DNA of 64,000 nt from an uncultured Pseudomonadota bacterium (GCA_963770835.1 CAVYRH010000010.1:128001-192000); one strand, 5' to 3'. Positions 1-10,281 are shown, counted from the first letter of the stretch. Made by a program: numbers and translations. The notes: a model not told the origin generated them from the letters alone.

Positions 1-1
1 T

Positions 2-712
2 TTAAGAAAGGGAGGAACCAATATCTTGAACGCGGACGACACCTTGTTGAGGAAGAACGTTGAGAACGTCATGACCTTCGGCTTGAAGCTGGGGCAAGTG
101 CGGGCCATCCACCTAGAAGCCGACGGCTTGGGAACCCGCTTTGAAATCCAGGCGGAAGGCGAGACTGCGGCTGCCCGCCTTTCTATGCCGGGTGCCCACA
201 ATGTCCGCAACTCCCTGGCGGCGGTTTCAGCGGGGCTAACCCTGGGCGTTCCCTTGAAGGCCCTGGCCCAGCGCCTGAAGACCTTCGTTTCCGAGGCGCC
301 TATGCGCATGGAAATCAAGAACCTGGGCGGGGTCCTCTTCATCAACGACGCTTACAACGCTTCTCCCACTTCCATGGAAGCGGCCTTGGTTACCTTCGCC
401 GGAATGCAAGGTCCCCAACGCAAATGGGCGGTTCTGGGCGACATGCTGGAACTAGGGGAGTTTTCACCCGAGACTCATTTCCGGATCGTGAAAAGGGCGG
501 TGGAGAGCGGCTTTGAGGGAATCCTGCTGGTGGGCCTGCGCATGCAAAGGGCCTTGAATGGCCTGGCGGAAACCCAAAAGGAGAAGGTGCGGGTTTTTGG
601 GGAGGTTTCCGACGCCCGGGCCTATTTGCGGCGGTCGGTCCAGAGGGGTGACGCGGTTTTATTGAAAGCCTCTCGCGGGATGAGGTTGGAAAAAATCTTG
701 GAGGGGTTTTGA
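2..712 (+). CDS. murF: UDP-N-acetylmuramoyl-tripeptide--D-Ala-D-Ala ligase, 5'-truncated by window edge
   Basis: Frame open from position 2; motifs LNADD, PGAHNVRN, INDAYNASPTSM, VLGDMLELG, LLKASRGMRLE; lies upstream of mraY. Confidence 0.95.
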   Translation, partial: LRKGGTNILNADDTLLRKNVENVMTFGLKLGQVRAIHLEADGLGTRFEIQAEGETAAARLSMPGAHNVRNSLAAVSAGLTLGVPLKALAQRLKTFVSEAPMRMEIKNLGGVLFINDAYNASPTSMEAALVTFAGMQGPQRKWAVLGDMLELGEFSPETHFRIVKRAVESGFEGILLVGLRMQRALNGLAETQKEKVRVFGEVSDARAYLRRSVQRGDAVLLKASRGMRLEKILEGF

Positions 713-713
713 A

Positions 714-908
714 ATGCTTTCCTTGAAACGCTTCCTGGACGGCTTGGCCGACGAGGACCATCCTTTCCGCCGGGGCCCGGATATGCGGAAGGGCTCAGCC
801 CTTCCGACTGAGGAAATGAAAGGAACGGCCAAGGTGCGGTCCGAAAGAACCTCCGTTTCGACGGAACAACAAACGCGGTTTTACTTCATGAGACTCAACA
901 AAAACTAA
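714..908 (+). CDS. Small hypothetical protein (64 aa) between murF and mraY
   Basis: ATG 1 nt after murF stop, GGAGG upstream, fills the gap to mraY; no recognised motif. Confidence 0.45.
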   Translation: MLSLKRFLDGLADEDHPFRRGPDMRKGSALPTEEMKGTAKVRSERTSVSTEQQTRFYFMRLNKN

Positions 909-918
909 GGACGAGAGA

Positions 919-2007
919 ATGCTTTATCACTTGCTTTATCCGCTCGCGAACCACTTTATCGGCTTCAATGTCTTCCGTTATGTGACGTTCCGGAGCGTTT
1001 ACGCCGCCGTTACGGCCTTCGCCCTTTGCCTCCTGTTGGGGCGCACGGTGATCGCCCGAATCCAGGCGGCCCAGCTTGGCGAGAAAATACGCCAAGACGG
1101 CCCTGCCGGCCATTCGTCCAAGGCGGGGACCCCGACCATGGGCGGCATCCTTATCCTTTTGACCCTGGCCTTGAGCGGACTGCTTTGGGTGCGGTGGGAT
1201 TCACGGTTGTTTTGGTTGGCCTTTTTTTCACTTCTTTGGTTTGGAACCCTTGGGTTTTTGGACGACCTGATCAAATTAAAAGGAATCGGCAAGAGCCGAG
1301 GCATCCCTAGTGGCTGGAAACTGATGATTCAATTCATCGGGGCCATCCTCATCGTATACGGTTATATGGATGCCCTGCCGGACGAATTCATTTTGAAAAC
1401 CTCGATCACCCTTCCTTTCTTCAAGCACCCCCTTAACCTGGACGTCCTTTATCCTTTTTTCGCGGTTTTGGTCATCGTCAGCGCCTCGAACTCGGTCAAC
1501 CTGACGGACGGCCTTGACGGCTTGGCCATCGGCTGCACGACTTTCGCCGCCATGGCCTTCGTGGTAGTCACCTATGTGTCCGGTAACGTGAAGTTCAGCG
1601 AATACCTCAAGATCATCCAGGTTCCGGGAGCCAGCGAATTGACGGTGGTTTGCGCGGCCTTGGTGGGTGCGGGATTGGGTTTCCTTTGGTTCAACGCCCC
1701 GCCGGCCCAGATCTTCATGGGCGATACGGGGTCCCTGGCCCTGGGCGGCCTTTTGGGGACGATCGCGGTCATGGTGAAACAGGAAATCCTCCTCATCATC
1801 GTCGGCGGCATTTTCGTGGTGGAGGCGCTTTCGGTGATCATCCAGGTGGCCTCCTTCAAGATGAGCGGGAAGAGAGTTTTTAGGATGGCGCCCCTCCACC
1901 ACCATTTCGAACTTTCGGGCGTGCCGGAGTCCAAGCTCATCGTTCGGTTTTGGATCATCGCCATTATTCTTACTTTGCTGACGTTGAGCACCTTGAAACT
2001 TCGTTAA
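919..2007 (+). CDS. mraY: Phospho-N-acetylmuramoyl-pentapeptide transferase
   Basis: KAGTPTMGG, GFLDD, NSVNLTDGLDGLA, FMGDTGSLALG, MAPLHHHFE. Confidence 0.98.
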   Translation: MLYHLLYPLANHFIGFNVFRYVTFRSVYAAVTAFALCLLLGRTVIARIQAAQLGEKIRQDGPAGHSSKAGTPTMGGILILLTLALSGLLWVRWDSRLFWLAFFSLLWFGTLGFLDDLIKLKGIGKSRGIPSGWKLMIQFIGAILIVYGYMDALPDEFILKTSITLPFFKHPLNLDVLYPFFAVLVIVSASNSVNLTDGLDGLAIGCTTFAAMAFVVVTYVSGNVKFSEYLKIIQVPGASELTVVCAALVGAGLGFLWFNAPPAQIFMGDTGSLALGGLLGTIAVMVKQEILLIIVGGIFVVEALSVIIQVASFKMSGKRVFRMAPLHHHFELSGVPESKLIVRFWIIAIILTLLTLSTLKLR

Positions 2008-2016
2008 AGGGAACCC

Positions 2017-3396
2017 ATGCATTACGTCCACGGAAAACAAGTAGCGGTCATCGGGTTGGGGCGGTCCGGTTACGCGGCGGCCCGGCTCTTATCCGTCCAT
2101 GGGGCCCATGTGGCGGTCCTGGACGACAAGACCCCAGAGAAACTCGCGACCTGGATCGAGAAAGCCAAGGAACTAGCCCATGTAAAGCTGATGTTGGGCG
2201 GAATCGACCCGGTTACTGTGGCCAATGCGGACCTCGTGGTGGTTTCACCGGGCGTGCCGGCGAAACACCCGGCACTGGAAACGGCACGGGAAAAGGGAGT
2301 CGCCGTGATCGGCGAGATGGAATTGGCCTTCGGCTATTGCCCTGCGCCGGTGGCGGCCATCACAGGCACCAACGGCAAAACAACGACCACCACACTGACT
2401 ACCGCCATGATCCAGGCGGGGGGTAAAAAGGCCATCGCCTGCGGCAATATCGGCAAAGCTTTCGCCGAAACGGTTTTCGAGCTTTCCTCCGAGGATTGGG
2501 CGGTCCTAGAGGTTTCCAGCTTTCAGTTGGAAACCATCGAGGAATTCCGGCCCCAGGTGGCCGCGGTTTTGAACGTAACCCCGGACCACTTGGACCGGCA
2601 CCAGGGCATGCAGGATTACGTGCAGACCAAGGGGCGTATTTTTGAGAACCAAAAACCGGAAGATGGCGCTCTTTTGAACGCTTCCGATAAATACACCCCC
2701 ATTCTTTCCAGCATGGTGAAGGGCCAGCTTTATTTCTTCGGCTTCCCCGGGGCGAAGGAAATCCAAAAGCCCGGCTGTTACGCCATTGGCGACAAGATCG
2801 AGCTATTGGGACGGCCCTTGATCGCTATGTCGGAACTCAAAATTCCAGGGCCGCATAACGTTGAAAACGCTTGCGCCGCCGCCCTGACGGCTTCCCTCTG
2901 TGGAGCATCGGATGATGCCATCGTCAAAACCCTCCGGGAATTTACCGGAGTGGAGCACCGATTAGAAGCGGCGGGCGAGATCAACGGAATCCGTTTCGTG
3001 AACGATTCCAAGGGAACCAACGTGGATTCGGTGTTGAAGGCCCTGGAAAGCTTCGAGAAGCCTATTGTTTTGATCCTGGGAGGGCGTGACAAGGCGGGGG
3101 ATTTCACCCGACTGGCCTCCCTGGTGAAGGAAAAAGTGACCCGCATCGTGGCTTTTGGGGAATGTAAACAAAAGATCGTGCAGCAGCTTTCCCAGGCAGC
3201 CACGGTGGTGGAGGCGGGCACGCTGGAAGAGACGGTGAACGGGGCCTATGCCGCCTGCGGAAAGGGCGGGGTGGTCCTGTTCTCGCCCGGTTGCGCCAGC
3301 TTCGACATGTTCCAGAACTATGAGGATCGGGGACGGCAGTTCAAGGCCGTGATAAAGAAGATGGCCCAGCAAACGGCTGGAAAAGTTAACGTTTAA
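2017..3396 (+). CDS. murD: UDP-MurNAc-L-Ala--D-Glu ligase
   Basis: GLGRSG, SPGV, ITGTNGKTTTT, EVSSFQL, DHLDRH, NDSKGTN, SPGCASFDMF. Confidence 0.97.
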   Translation: MHYVHGKQVAVIGLGRSGYAAARLLSVHGAHVAVLDDKTPEKLATWIEKAKELAHVKLMLGGIDPVTVANADLVVVSPGVPAKHPALETAREKGVAVIGEMELAFGYCPAPVAAITGTNGKTTTTTLTTAMIQAGGKKAIACGNIGKAFAETVFELSSEDWAVLEVSSFQLETIEEFRPQVAAVLNVTPDHLDRHQGMQDYVQTKGRIFENQKPEDGALLNASDKYTPILSSMVKGQLYFFGFPGAKEIQKPGCYAIGDKIELLGRPLIAMSELKIPGPHNVENACAAALTASLCGASDDAIVKTLREFTGVEHRLEAAGEINGIRFVNDSKGTNVDSVLKALESFEKPIVLILGGRDKAGDFTRLASLVKEKVTRIVAFGECKQKIVQQLSQAATVVEAGTLEETVNGAYAACGKGGVVLFSPGCASFDMFQNYEDRGRQFKAVIKKMAQQTAGKVNV

Positions 3397-3497
3397 TTAA
3401 AGAAAGGAGTTTCATTCTTACGCTCGGATTCTGAGATCAACACCTACCAATGCCTTTTCCACACCTTCGACGCCTTGCTCGGAATCCGAACGGAAGG

Positions 3498-4676
3498 ATG
3501 AAACCAAAAATGAGCTTTCGGAAAAAAGAACAAGCTTCGCCGGACTTCTTGATGTTCCTGTTGACCCTCATTTTGGTCACGGTGGGACTCATCATGATTT
3601 ACAGCGCATCGGCCATCCTGGCCCATGACCGCTATGGCAATTCCTATTACTTCTTCGCGCGCCAGCTGGTCTGGGTTTTGGTGGGAAGCGCGGGGATGTG
3701 GGTGGCCTCGCGGGTAGACCTGGAATCCATGAGGGCTTTGGCCATTCCCGGCCTCTTTGTGGCCATTTTATTGATGGCTTTGGTTTGTGTGCCGGGCATC
3801 GGCAAGACCGTCGGCGGAGCCCAAAGATGGTTCCGCCTTGGTCCCTTTTCGTTTCAGCCCTCCGAAATCCTGAAGATTGCCTTGGTGTTCTACCTGGCGG
3901 ATTCGCTGGAAAGGCGCAAACAAACCCTGGTGAACTTTTCGGGGCTATTTCCTTGCCTGGCGATTTTGGGGGTTTGCATGCTGCTTTTGGAAAAACAACA
4001 CGATTTTGGAACGGCGGTGCTCCTGGCCTTGGTGACCATTCTTCTCCTATTCCTGGCCGGGATTCAGTGGACTTTTTTTCTGATCCCCCTCTCGATCCTG
4101 ATCCCCGTTTTCATCTTTTTGGTGGAATCCGCCAATTACCGCATGAAGCGCATTGCGGCCTTCCTCAACCCTTGGGACGACCCCCAGGGAGCAGGTTTCC
4201 AACTGATCCAGAGCCTGATCGCGGTGGGGAATGGCGGGCTCCGCGGCGTGGGGCTTGCCAACAGCACCCAAAAGCTTTTTTACCTTCCCGCGCCCCATAC
4301 CGACTTCATTTTCGCCGTCATTGCTGAGGAATTGGGGCTTTGGGGGGCGGGAACCCTGGTGTTTCTTTTCGCAATCTTCATCCTGCGGGGTTTCAAAGTG
4401 GCTTCGGTGGTCGGCGAAAGGGAGGGAGGTCTTTTCCTCTCGCTCCTGGCCTCGGGCATCACGGGGCTGATCGGTTTCCAGGCGCTGGTGAACCTGGGGG
4501 TTGTGACGGGGCTTTTGCCCACTAAGGGGATTCCCCTGCCGCTCATTTCTTACGGCGGTTCGTCCATGGTTTTCACCCTGGTCTCCATCGGAATTCTCTT
4601 CAACATCTCCCGGGGAATCAAACTGCCGCAACCCTTGACGCCAACTGTCGGCTATCGGCCGACAGCCGTCAACTGA
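3498..4676 (+). CDS. ftsW: SEDS peptidoglycan polymerase FtsW
   Basis: GAQRW, FQPSE, PWDDPQGAGFQL, LPAPHTDFIF, LPLISYGGSS; position between murD and murG; start at 3498 chosen from GGAAGG (3450 is the alternative). Confidence 0.95.
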   Translation: MKPKMSFRKKEQASPDFLMFLLTLILVTVGLIMIYSASAILAHDRYGNSYYFFARQLVWVLVGSAGMWVASRVDLESMRALAIPGLFVAILLMALVCVPGIGKTVGGAQRWFRLGPFSFQPSEILKIALVFYLADSLERRKQTLVNFSGLFPCLAILGVCMLLLEKQHDFGTAVLLALVTILLLFLAGIQWTFFLIPLSILIPVFIFLVESANYRMKRIAAFLNPWDDPQGAGFQLIQSLIAVGNGGLRGVGLANSTQKLFYLPAPHTDFIFAVIAEELGLWGAGTLVFLFAIFILRGFKVASVVGEREGGLFLSLLASGITGLIGFQALVNLGVVTGLLPTKGIPLPLISYGGSSMVFTLVSIGILFNISRGIKLPQPLTPTVGYRPTAVN

Positions 4677-4718
4677 CAACGAAAGGCTTCAAAAGAAAAG
4701 CGAGGAAAGGTTTGAGGA

Positions 4719-5831
4719 TTGGAAACGAGCAAGAAAATCATCATCACCGGCGGGGGGACGGGGGGGCATATTTTCCCCGGCATCGCCATCGCGCGAGAAC
4801 TGTCGAAACACCTGGAGGTTCGAGTGCTTTACGTGGGTAAGGCCGAGGGACTGGAATCCAAGTGGGTCCCGGACTCGGGGTTCGAGTTCGAGGGCATCCA
4901 AGCCAGCGGTTTCCCGCGGGGGCTATCGGTGAAGCTTTTCACTTTTTGGCTCGACTTCGCGGCTGGAATGGCCCAGGCAGGCCGGATTTTGAATAGCTTC
5001 CGGCCGGATGTGGTTTTTTCAACGGGTGGTTACGTTTCGGTGCCGGTTTCATTGGCGGCGGCTTTGAGGGGGGTTCCGGTGGGTCTTTTCGAGCCCAACG
5101 TGGCACCCGGCTTGGCGGCCCGGTTTTTATCCTTTTTCTCAAGGAGGATTTTCGTCGGGTTTGAGGAGACTTTAAAACGCTTTTCCAAAAGGAGAACCCA
5201 ATGGACGGGAATTCCGGTGCGGGAAGAAATTGTGACGGCGGAAAAGAAGAAGGCGCGGGAGAGTTTCGGCTTGAACCCGGATACGACAACGCTCCTGATG
5301 CTGGGAGGCAGCCAGGGGGCCCATACGCTGAACCAACATATGACGGATGTGATCAAGTTCCTAGGGGACGGGGACCAGAAGGTCCAAGTGATCATGATGA
5401 CCGGCTGGAACGACTACCGCAAGACGGTGGACCAGCTGGAAAAATGCGCCCTCAAGGTAGTGCTGAGGCCCTTCATCAGCAACATCCACGAAGCCTACGC
5501 GGCGTCCGACCTGGTGGTAGCGAGGTCCGGGGCCATGACCTGCGCCGAAACCTTAAGCCGGGGATTGCCGGCTCTTTTTATTCCATATCCCCACGCTTCC
5601 GGACACCAGGAGATGAATGCGAGGGCGCTGGAGAGGGCTGGATCGGCAGTCGTGATTACCGAAAAAGAGCTGGACGAAGAAAGCCTCACCCGGACGCTGA
5701 TTTCCCTGGTCTCGGATGAGGGGAAGCTGAAAGCCATGGGAGAAAAAGCGCGCCGCCTGGCCAAGCCCCAGGCAGCCTCCGACATCGTGAAAAGCCTGTT
5801 GGAAATGACTGAAAAAAGGAAAAGCGCGTGA
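4719..5831 (+). CDS. murG: Lipid II GlcNAc transferase
   Basis: GGGTGGHIFPG, TGGYVS, GGSQGA, RSGAMT, HQEMNA; TTG start. Confidence 0.97.
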   Translation: METSKKIIITGGGTGGHIFPGIAIARELSKHLEVRVLYVGKAEGLESKWVPDSGFEFEGIQASGFPRGLSVKLFTFWLDFAAGMAQAGRILNSFRPDVVFSTGGYVSVPVSLAAALRGVPVGLFEPNVAPGLAARFLSFFSRRIFVGFEETLKRFSKRRTQWTGIPVREEIVTAEKKKARESFGLNPDTTTLLMLGGSQGAHTLNQHMTDVIKFLGDGDQKVQVIMMTGWNDYRKTVDQLEKCALKVVLRPFISNIHEAYAASDLVVARSGAMTCAETLSRGLPALFIPYPHASGHQEMNARALERAGSAVVITEKELDEESLTRTLISLVSDEGKLKAMGEKARRLAKPQAASDIVKSLLEMTEKRKSA

Positions 5832-7231
5832 AAGCGAAAAGCAAACTATCAACCCAGCCCTTCGCCAATGTCCGAAGGATCCATTTTATCGGCATCGGCG
5901 GAGCCGGCATGAGCGGCATCGCGGCTGTGCTTTTGAGCCTGCATTACGAGGTGACGGGTTCGGACCTGAAGGCTTCGGAAGTGACCGACCGGCTGACTGA
6001 AATGGGTGCCAAAATCCATTTCGGGCACAAAGCGGGGAATGCAGCGGGAGCGGATGTGGTGGTGTATTCGGCCGCCGTGCCCATGGACAACCCGGAAATC
6101 CAAGAGGCCTATAAGCGGGCCATTCCGGTCATCCCGCGCACCGAAATGTTGGCGGAGTTGATGCGCTTGAAATACGGGATTGCGATTTCGGGCACACACG
6201 GCAAGACCACCACTACCTCCATGATCGGGCTGGTTATGACTGAAGCCAAGCTGGATCCCACCCTGGTCATCGGCGGGCAGGTGGACGTGTTCAAGTCCAA
6301 CGCCAAACTGGGTAAGGGGGACTACCTGGTAGCCGAGGCCTGTGAGGCTTTCGGCGAATTCTTCCTGCTTTCACCCATGATTTCCGTCGTCACCAACATC
6401 GACGACGACCACCTGGACTATTACGGTTCCATCGACAAGGTGAGGGACGCCTTCGTGATCTTCGCTAACAAGGTGCCCTTTTACGGCTGCGTAATCTTAG
6501 GGATCGACGACAAACAGGTCCAAATGATCCTGCCCCAGATCAAGCGCCGGACCATGACCTATGGCTTCTCCAAGGACGCCCAGGTCTCGGCCCATAAAGC
6601 ACGGCTCGAAAAAGCGGGATCGATATTCGAGGTCTTCCACCATGGAAAGAAACTGGGGACGGTCAAGCTGAACGTTCCGGGACGGTTCAACATCCAAAAC
6701 GCCTTGGCGGCGGTGACTGTGGGCCTGGAACTGAAAGTGCCTTTCAAGAAAATCACGGCGGGCCTGGCTCGGTTCCATGGGGCCAAGCGGCGGTTCGAAG
6801 TGCGGGGCGCTTTCAAGGGCGCCAGAGTGGTGGATGATTACGCCCACCATCCCACGGCGGTGGCCGAGACCCTAAAGGCCGCGAAGAATTTCGCGGGCTC
6901 CAAAAAACTCCTGGTGGCGTTCCAACCCCATCTTTTCTCCCGTACCCAGCTGCTCCGGGACAAATTCGGCAAGTCCTTTGGGGACGCGGATGAAGTAGTA
7001 ATCGCGGCCATATACCCCTCCCGGGAGAAACCCATCCCGGGGGTCACGGGCATGACCCTGGTGGAGGCCATCCGTGAGAACGGACACAAGGACGTGCAAT
7101 ACATTGAGGACCGGGTCGAACTTTTGGAATACCTGAAGGGCCATTTAACCGACCGGTATGTGCTTTTAACCATGGGCGCGGGCGACATTTGGAAATTGGG
7201 AACCGACCTCGTGCAGAAGCACAAGGGTTGA
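5828..7231 (+). CDS. murC: UDP-MurNAc--L-Ala ligase
   Basis: HFIGIGGAGMSG, GTHGKTTTTS, DHLDYY, DDYAHHPT, FQPHLFSRT. Confidence 0.97.
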   Translation: MKAKSKLSTQPFANVRRIHFIGIGGAGMSGIAAVLLSLHYEVTGSDLKASEVTDRLTEMGAKIHFGHKAGNAAGADVVVYSAAVPMDNPEIQEAYKRAIPVIPRTEMLAELMRLKYGIAISGTHGKTTTTSMIGLVMTEAKLDPTLVIGGQVDVFKSNAKLGKGDYLVAEACEAFGEFFLLSPMISVVTNIDDDHLDYYGSIDKVRDAFVIFANKVPFYGCVILGIDDKQVQMILPQIKRRTMTYGFSKDAQVSAHKARLEKAGSIFEVFHHGKKLGTVKLNVPGRFNIQNALAAVTVGLELKVPFKKITAGLARFHGAKRRFEVRGAFKGARVVDDYAHHPTAVAETLKAAKNFAGSKKLLVAFQPHLFSRTQLLRDKFGKSFGDADEVVIAAIYPSREKPIPGVTGMTLVEAIRENGHKDVQYIEDRVELLEYLKGHLTDRYVLLTMGAGDIWKLGTDLVQKHKG

Positions 7232-7236
7232 GTGGC

Positions 7237-8226
7237 ATGATCGCAGGAAACGTGCTTTCGACTGGAGAAAGGATCGATGTGGACTTTCGGGAATTGAAAC
7301 ATTTAATCAAGGGAAAGGTGGAATTCAACCATCCTGTGGCTCCCTATACGACCTACCACTTGGGCGGAGAAGCGGCGGTTTTCGCCGAACCCCAAACGAC
7401 CGAGGATTTGGCGGAGCTCCTGCGGTGCATGACCCACGCTGGAGTGCCCTACTTGATGTTGGGGGGTGGTAGCAACGTCCTCTTTGCCGACGAGGGTTTT
7501 AAAGGCTTGGTAATCCGGCTGGGCCGGGGATTCCAGGGTATCCATATCGAGGGCGACCGGGTAAGGGCCAAGGCCGGTACCCAATTGGTGACGGTTTTAG
7601 CCAAGGCTCGGGAAGCGGGATTGGGCGGGGTGGAGTTTTTCGCAGGCATCCCGGGGACCATCGGCGGGGCGGTAGTGGGAAACGCGGGCGCCAAAAAGGC
7701 ATGGATCGGGCCCACGGTGGAGGACTTGACCATCGTCACATCCCATGGACAAGTCAAACATTTGAAAAAAGCCGACTACGTCTATAGCTACCGGAATTCG
7801 TCCCTGAAACTGAGCGGCAACGTGCTGGTGGAAGTTGTGCTGAGGCTAAAGAAAGAGACTAAAGACGCGATTGAAAAAAAAGTGAAAGAATATTTCAAGG
7901 TCCGCCGGGGCAAACAGCCCCGGGTTGAGAAAAACGCCGGCAGCGTTTTCAAGAATCCCGAAGGGAACTTCGCGGGAAGGCTGACCGAATCCGTGGGGTT
8001 GAAGGGGTTCAAGGCCGGGGGTGCCAGGGTCAGCGAGATCCACGCCAACTTCATCATCAACGGAGGCACTGCCACCGCCCATGACGTGGTGGCCGTGATG
8101 CGGGAGATTCAGAAAAGAGTTTGGGCGGAGTACCAAATCCGATTGGAGCCCGAGATCCTGCCGCTGGGGGATTGGGATTGGAACGAAATTAAAGATGTTT
8201 TTTGGAACTTAAAAGGCAGCCGATAG
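7237..8226 (+). CDS. murB: UDP-N-acetylenolpyruvoylglucosamine reductase
   Basis: GGGSNVL, GIPGTIGGAVVGNAGA, YRNS, NAGSVFKNP, HANFIIN, LEPE; start 7237 or GTG 7279. Confidence 0.95.
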   Translation: MIAGNVLSTGERIDVDFRELKHLIKGKVEFNHPVAPYTTYHLGGEAAVFAEPQTTEDLAELLRCMTHAGVPYLMLGGGSNVLFADEGFKGLVIRLGRGFQGIHIEGDRVRAKAGTQLVTVLAKAREAGLGGVEFFAGIPGTIGGAVVGNAGAKKAWIGPTVEDLTIVTSHGQVKHLKKADYVYSYRNSSLKLSGNVLVEVVLRLKKETKDAIEKKVKEYFKVRRGKQPRVEKNAGSVFKNPEGNFAGRLTESVGLKGFKAGGARVSEIHANFIINGGTATAHDVVAVMREIQKRVWAEYQIRLEPEILPLGDWDWNEIKDVFWNLKGSR

Positions 8227-8273
8227 TTGGCAGCTTTTAGGTTTTAATTAACCGCCAAAAGCTAATAGCTGTA
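8215..8273. repeat. Inverted array of degenerate heptamer repeats
   Basis: ggcagcc gatagtt ggcagct tttaggt ... cgccaaa agctaat agctgta. Confidence 0.55.
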
Positions 8274-8329
8274 GCGGAACGACGCCTATTACAACAGGGC
8301 TGGGAAATTTAGGAGGACCGGAGAGCGAG

Positions 8330-9265
8330 ATGAAAGTAGGCGTTCTGATGGGCGGATGGAGCCCGGAAAAAAAGGTTTCCATGATGTCCGGGAAAGGCGT
8401 AGTGGAAGGTTTAAAAGCAGCCGGCGTCAAGGCTGTACCGATGGTTTTGACGGCGGCGGATAAGAACGAAAAACGGCTTGGGAAAAAGCTCAAGGCCGCC
8501 AGGTTGGACGCTGTTTTTATCGCCTTACACGGCGGTTTTGGGGAGGACGGAACCTTGCAGTCTTTATTGGACAAATGGGGAATCTCCTATACGGGTTCGG
8601 GGGCATTGGCCTGCGGTTTGGCAATGCACAAGGGCTGCTCCAAACTCGTTTTTGAGGCCAATGGGATTCCAACGGCGCCTTGGCATGCCTTGCATAAGAG
8701 CCTGGAAAAGGTTAAGTGGCTCAAGGAAATAAAGCTGGGCCTGCCTTTGGTGGTCAAACCGGCCGACGTGGGTTCGGCCATTGGGGTGACGATCGTGAAG
8801 AAGAAGCAGGAATTGGCCAAAGCCGTTCAAAAGGCGTTCAAGTACAGCTCGTGGGCGATTGTGGAGAAATTCGTTCCCGGGGTGGAAGTGACCGTCACCG
8901 TTTTGGGTGAAAGGGCGCTTCCGGTCATCGAAATCGTCCCCAAAAACGAATTTTACGATTTTGACGCCAAGTATACCCCGGGGCATTCGGAGCACCTCGT
9001 TCCAGCCCGGATACCGGCCAAGAGCACCCAAAAGGTAAAGGCTTTCGCCGTCAAAGCGGGCAAAGCCATGGGTTGTGAGGGTTACTACCGGGTGGATTTT
9101 ATCGTTCCCAAGAAGGGGGAACCCCAGATTTTGGAAGTGAATACGGCGCCCGGCATGACGGCCACCAGTTTGGTGCCGGACGCGGCCAAAGCGGCAGGAA
9201 TACCCTTCCCGAAGTTTTTGAAGGCCTTGGTCGGGATGGCAATTAAAAGAAGGAAAAAAGCCTGA
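8330..9265 (+). CDS. ddl: D-alanine--D-alanine ligase
   Basis: LHGGFGEDG, YTGSG, VKP..GSAIG, FYDFDAKY, EVNTAPGMT; AGGAGG RBS. Confidence 0.97.
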   Translation: MKVGVLMGGWSPEKKVSMMSGKGVVEGLKAAGVKAVPMVLTAADKNEKRLGKKLKAARLDAVFIALHGGFGEDGTLQSLLDKWGISYTGSGALACGLAMHKGCSKLVFEANGIPTAPWHALHKSLEKVKWLKEIKLGLPLVVKPADVGSAIGVTIVKKKQELAKAVQKAFKYSSWAIVEKFVPGVEVTVTVLGERALPVIEIVPKNEFYDFDAKYTPGHSEHLVPARIPAKSTQKVKAFAVKAGKAMGCEGYYRVDFIVPKKGEPQILEVNTAPGMTATSLVPDAAKAAGIPFPKFLKALVGMAIKRRKKA

Positions 9266-10281
9266 TGTATTACCGGGGTTCACGGGTTCCTTTAAGTGAA
9301 AAATCGCCCCGGTTCCATACGGCGGGTGTGAGCTACGGCATCCGGTTCAGGAATGTAATGACGGAAAAGAAGGCAGAGAAAAGCTTTTTCTTGAGGTGGG
9401 CGGAGGAAAAAGAAAAACCGGTGGGGACCGGCAGTCGAAAAGCCTACGCATTTTACCGCCCAGGGGTGACCGCTGTAGACGATACCCCGGCTTTTTCGGA
9501 AAGAAAAAGAACTTGGGTTCCCAAGGCGTCGGCGTTATCGGGCGCCACCTGGATTCTCAAACTGGCCGGAGTAGTTTTACTGATGGTGGTGGTGGTTTGG
9601 TCGAAAAACAAAACTACCGCCCTGCTCCAGGACGTGGCCGGCTTAAGGCTGGAAAAGGTGACGGTGGATGGGAATCACTACCTTTCGGAAGATGAAATCG
9701 TAAAAACCGCGGCACTGCCGCTGGGGGAAAGCATGTTTAAGCTGGATTTGAACGGCGCTTTGAAAAAGGTCAAAGGCATGGGTTGGGTGGACCGGGTTTT
9801 CATTGAAAGACGGTTGCCCCGTTCCATCGTCATTTCCGTGAGGGAGCGCAAGCCCGTGGCCCTCCTGGATAACGGAAGCCTTTACGGCGTCGACGCCGAG
9901 GGGAGGATTTTGCCCTCCTCGCCGGCAATTTTAAGGGAGGATTTGCCGTTGATTTCCGGCCTGTCAGCCAATACGGAAGCGGAAGGAACGACCCAATCCG
10001 CCGAGGCCCTCGGGCCGGCTTTGGATGTCCTCTCATCCATCCAAAAGAAGGATTCGGTTTTGGCCCAGGATGTATCCGAGGTCAATCTTTCGGAGCCGGG
10101 CTCCCTAAAAGTGACTTTTATCGACGGCATCCAAGCCACCTTTGACCCGCCGGTCCAGGAGTCGGATCTTCGGAGGATGGCATTGGTGTTGAGCGATTTG
10201 AGCGGGAAAGGGAAGCGAGCGGCCACCCTGGATTTTAGGTACCGCGACATGGTGCTGGTCAAGACAAGGGAGGGCAAATGA
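9265..10281 (+). CDS. ftsQ: Cell division protein FtsQ/DivIB
   Basis: Single TM, then POTRA (VTVDGNHYLSEDEI..RRLPRSIVISVRERKPVA) and C-terminal LDFRY; between ddl and ftsA; start uncertain. Confidence 0.9.
   Translation: MYYRGSRVPLSEKSPRFHTAGVSYGIRFRNVMTEKKAEKSFFLRWAEEKEKPVGTGSRKAYAFYRPGVTAVDDTPAFSERKRTWVPKASALSGATWILKLAGVVLLMVVVVWSKNKTTALLQDVAGLRLEKVTVDGNHYLSEDEIVKTAALPLGESMFKLDLNGALKKVKGMGWVDRVFIERRLPRSIVISVRERKPVALLDNGSLYGVDAEGRILPSSPAILREDLPLISGLSANTEAEGTTQSAEALGPALDVLSSIQKKDSVLAQDVSEVNLSEPGSLKVTFIDGIQATFDPPVQESDLRRMALVLSDLSGKGKRAATLDFRYRDMVLVKTREGK

Noticed and set aside
8330..9265. D-Ala-D-Lac (Van-type) ligase
   Set aside because: Omega loop reads YDFDAKY with the Tyr typical of D-Ala-D-Ala ligases; ordinary dcw context
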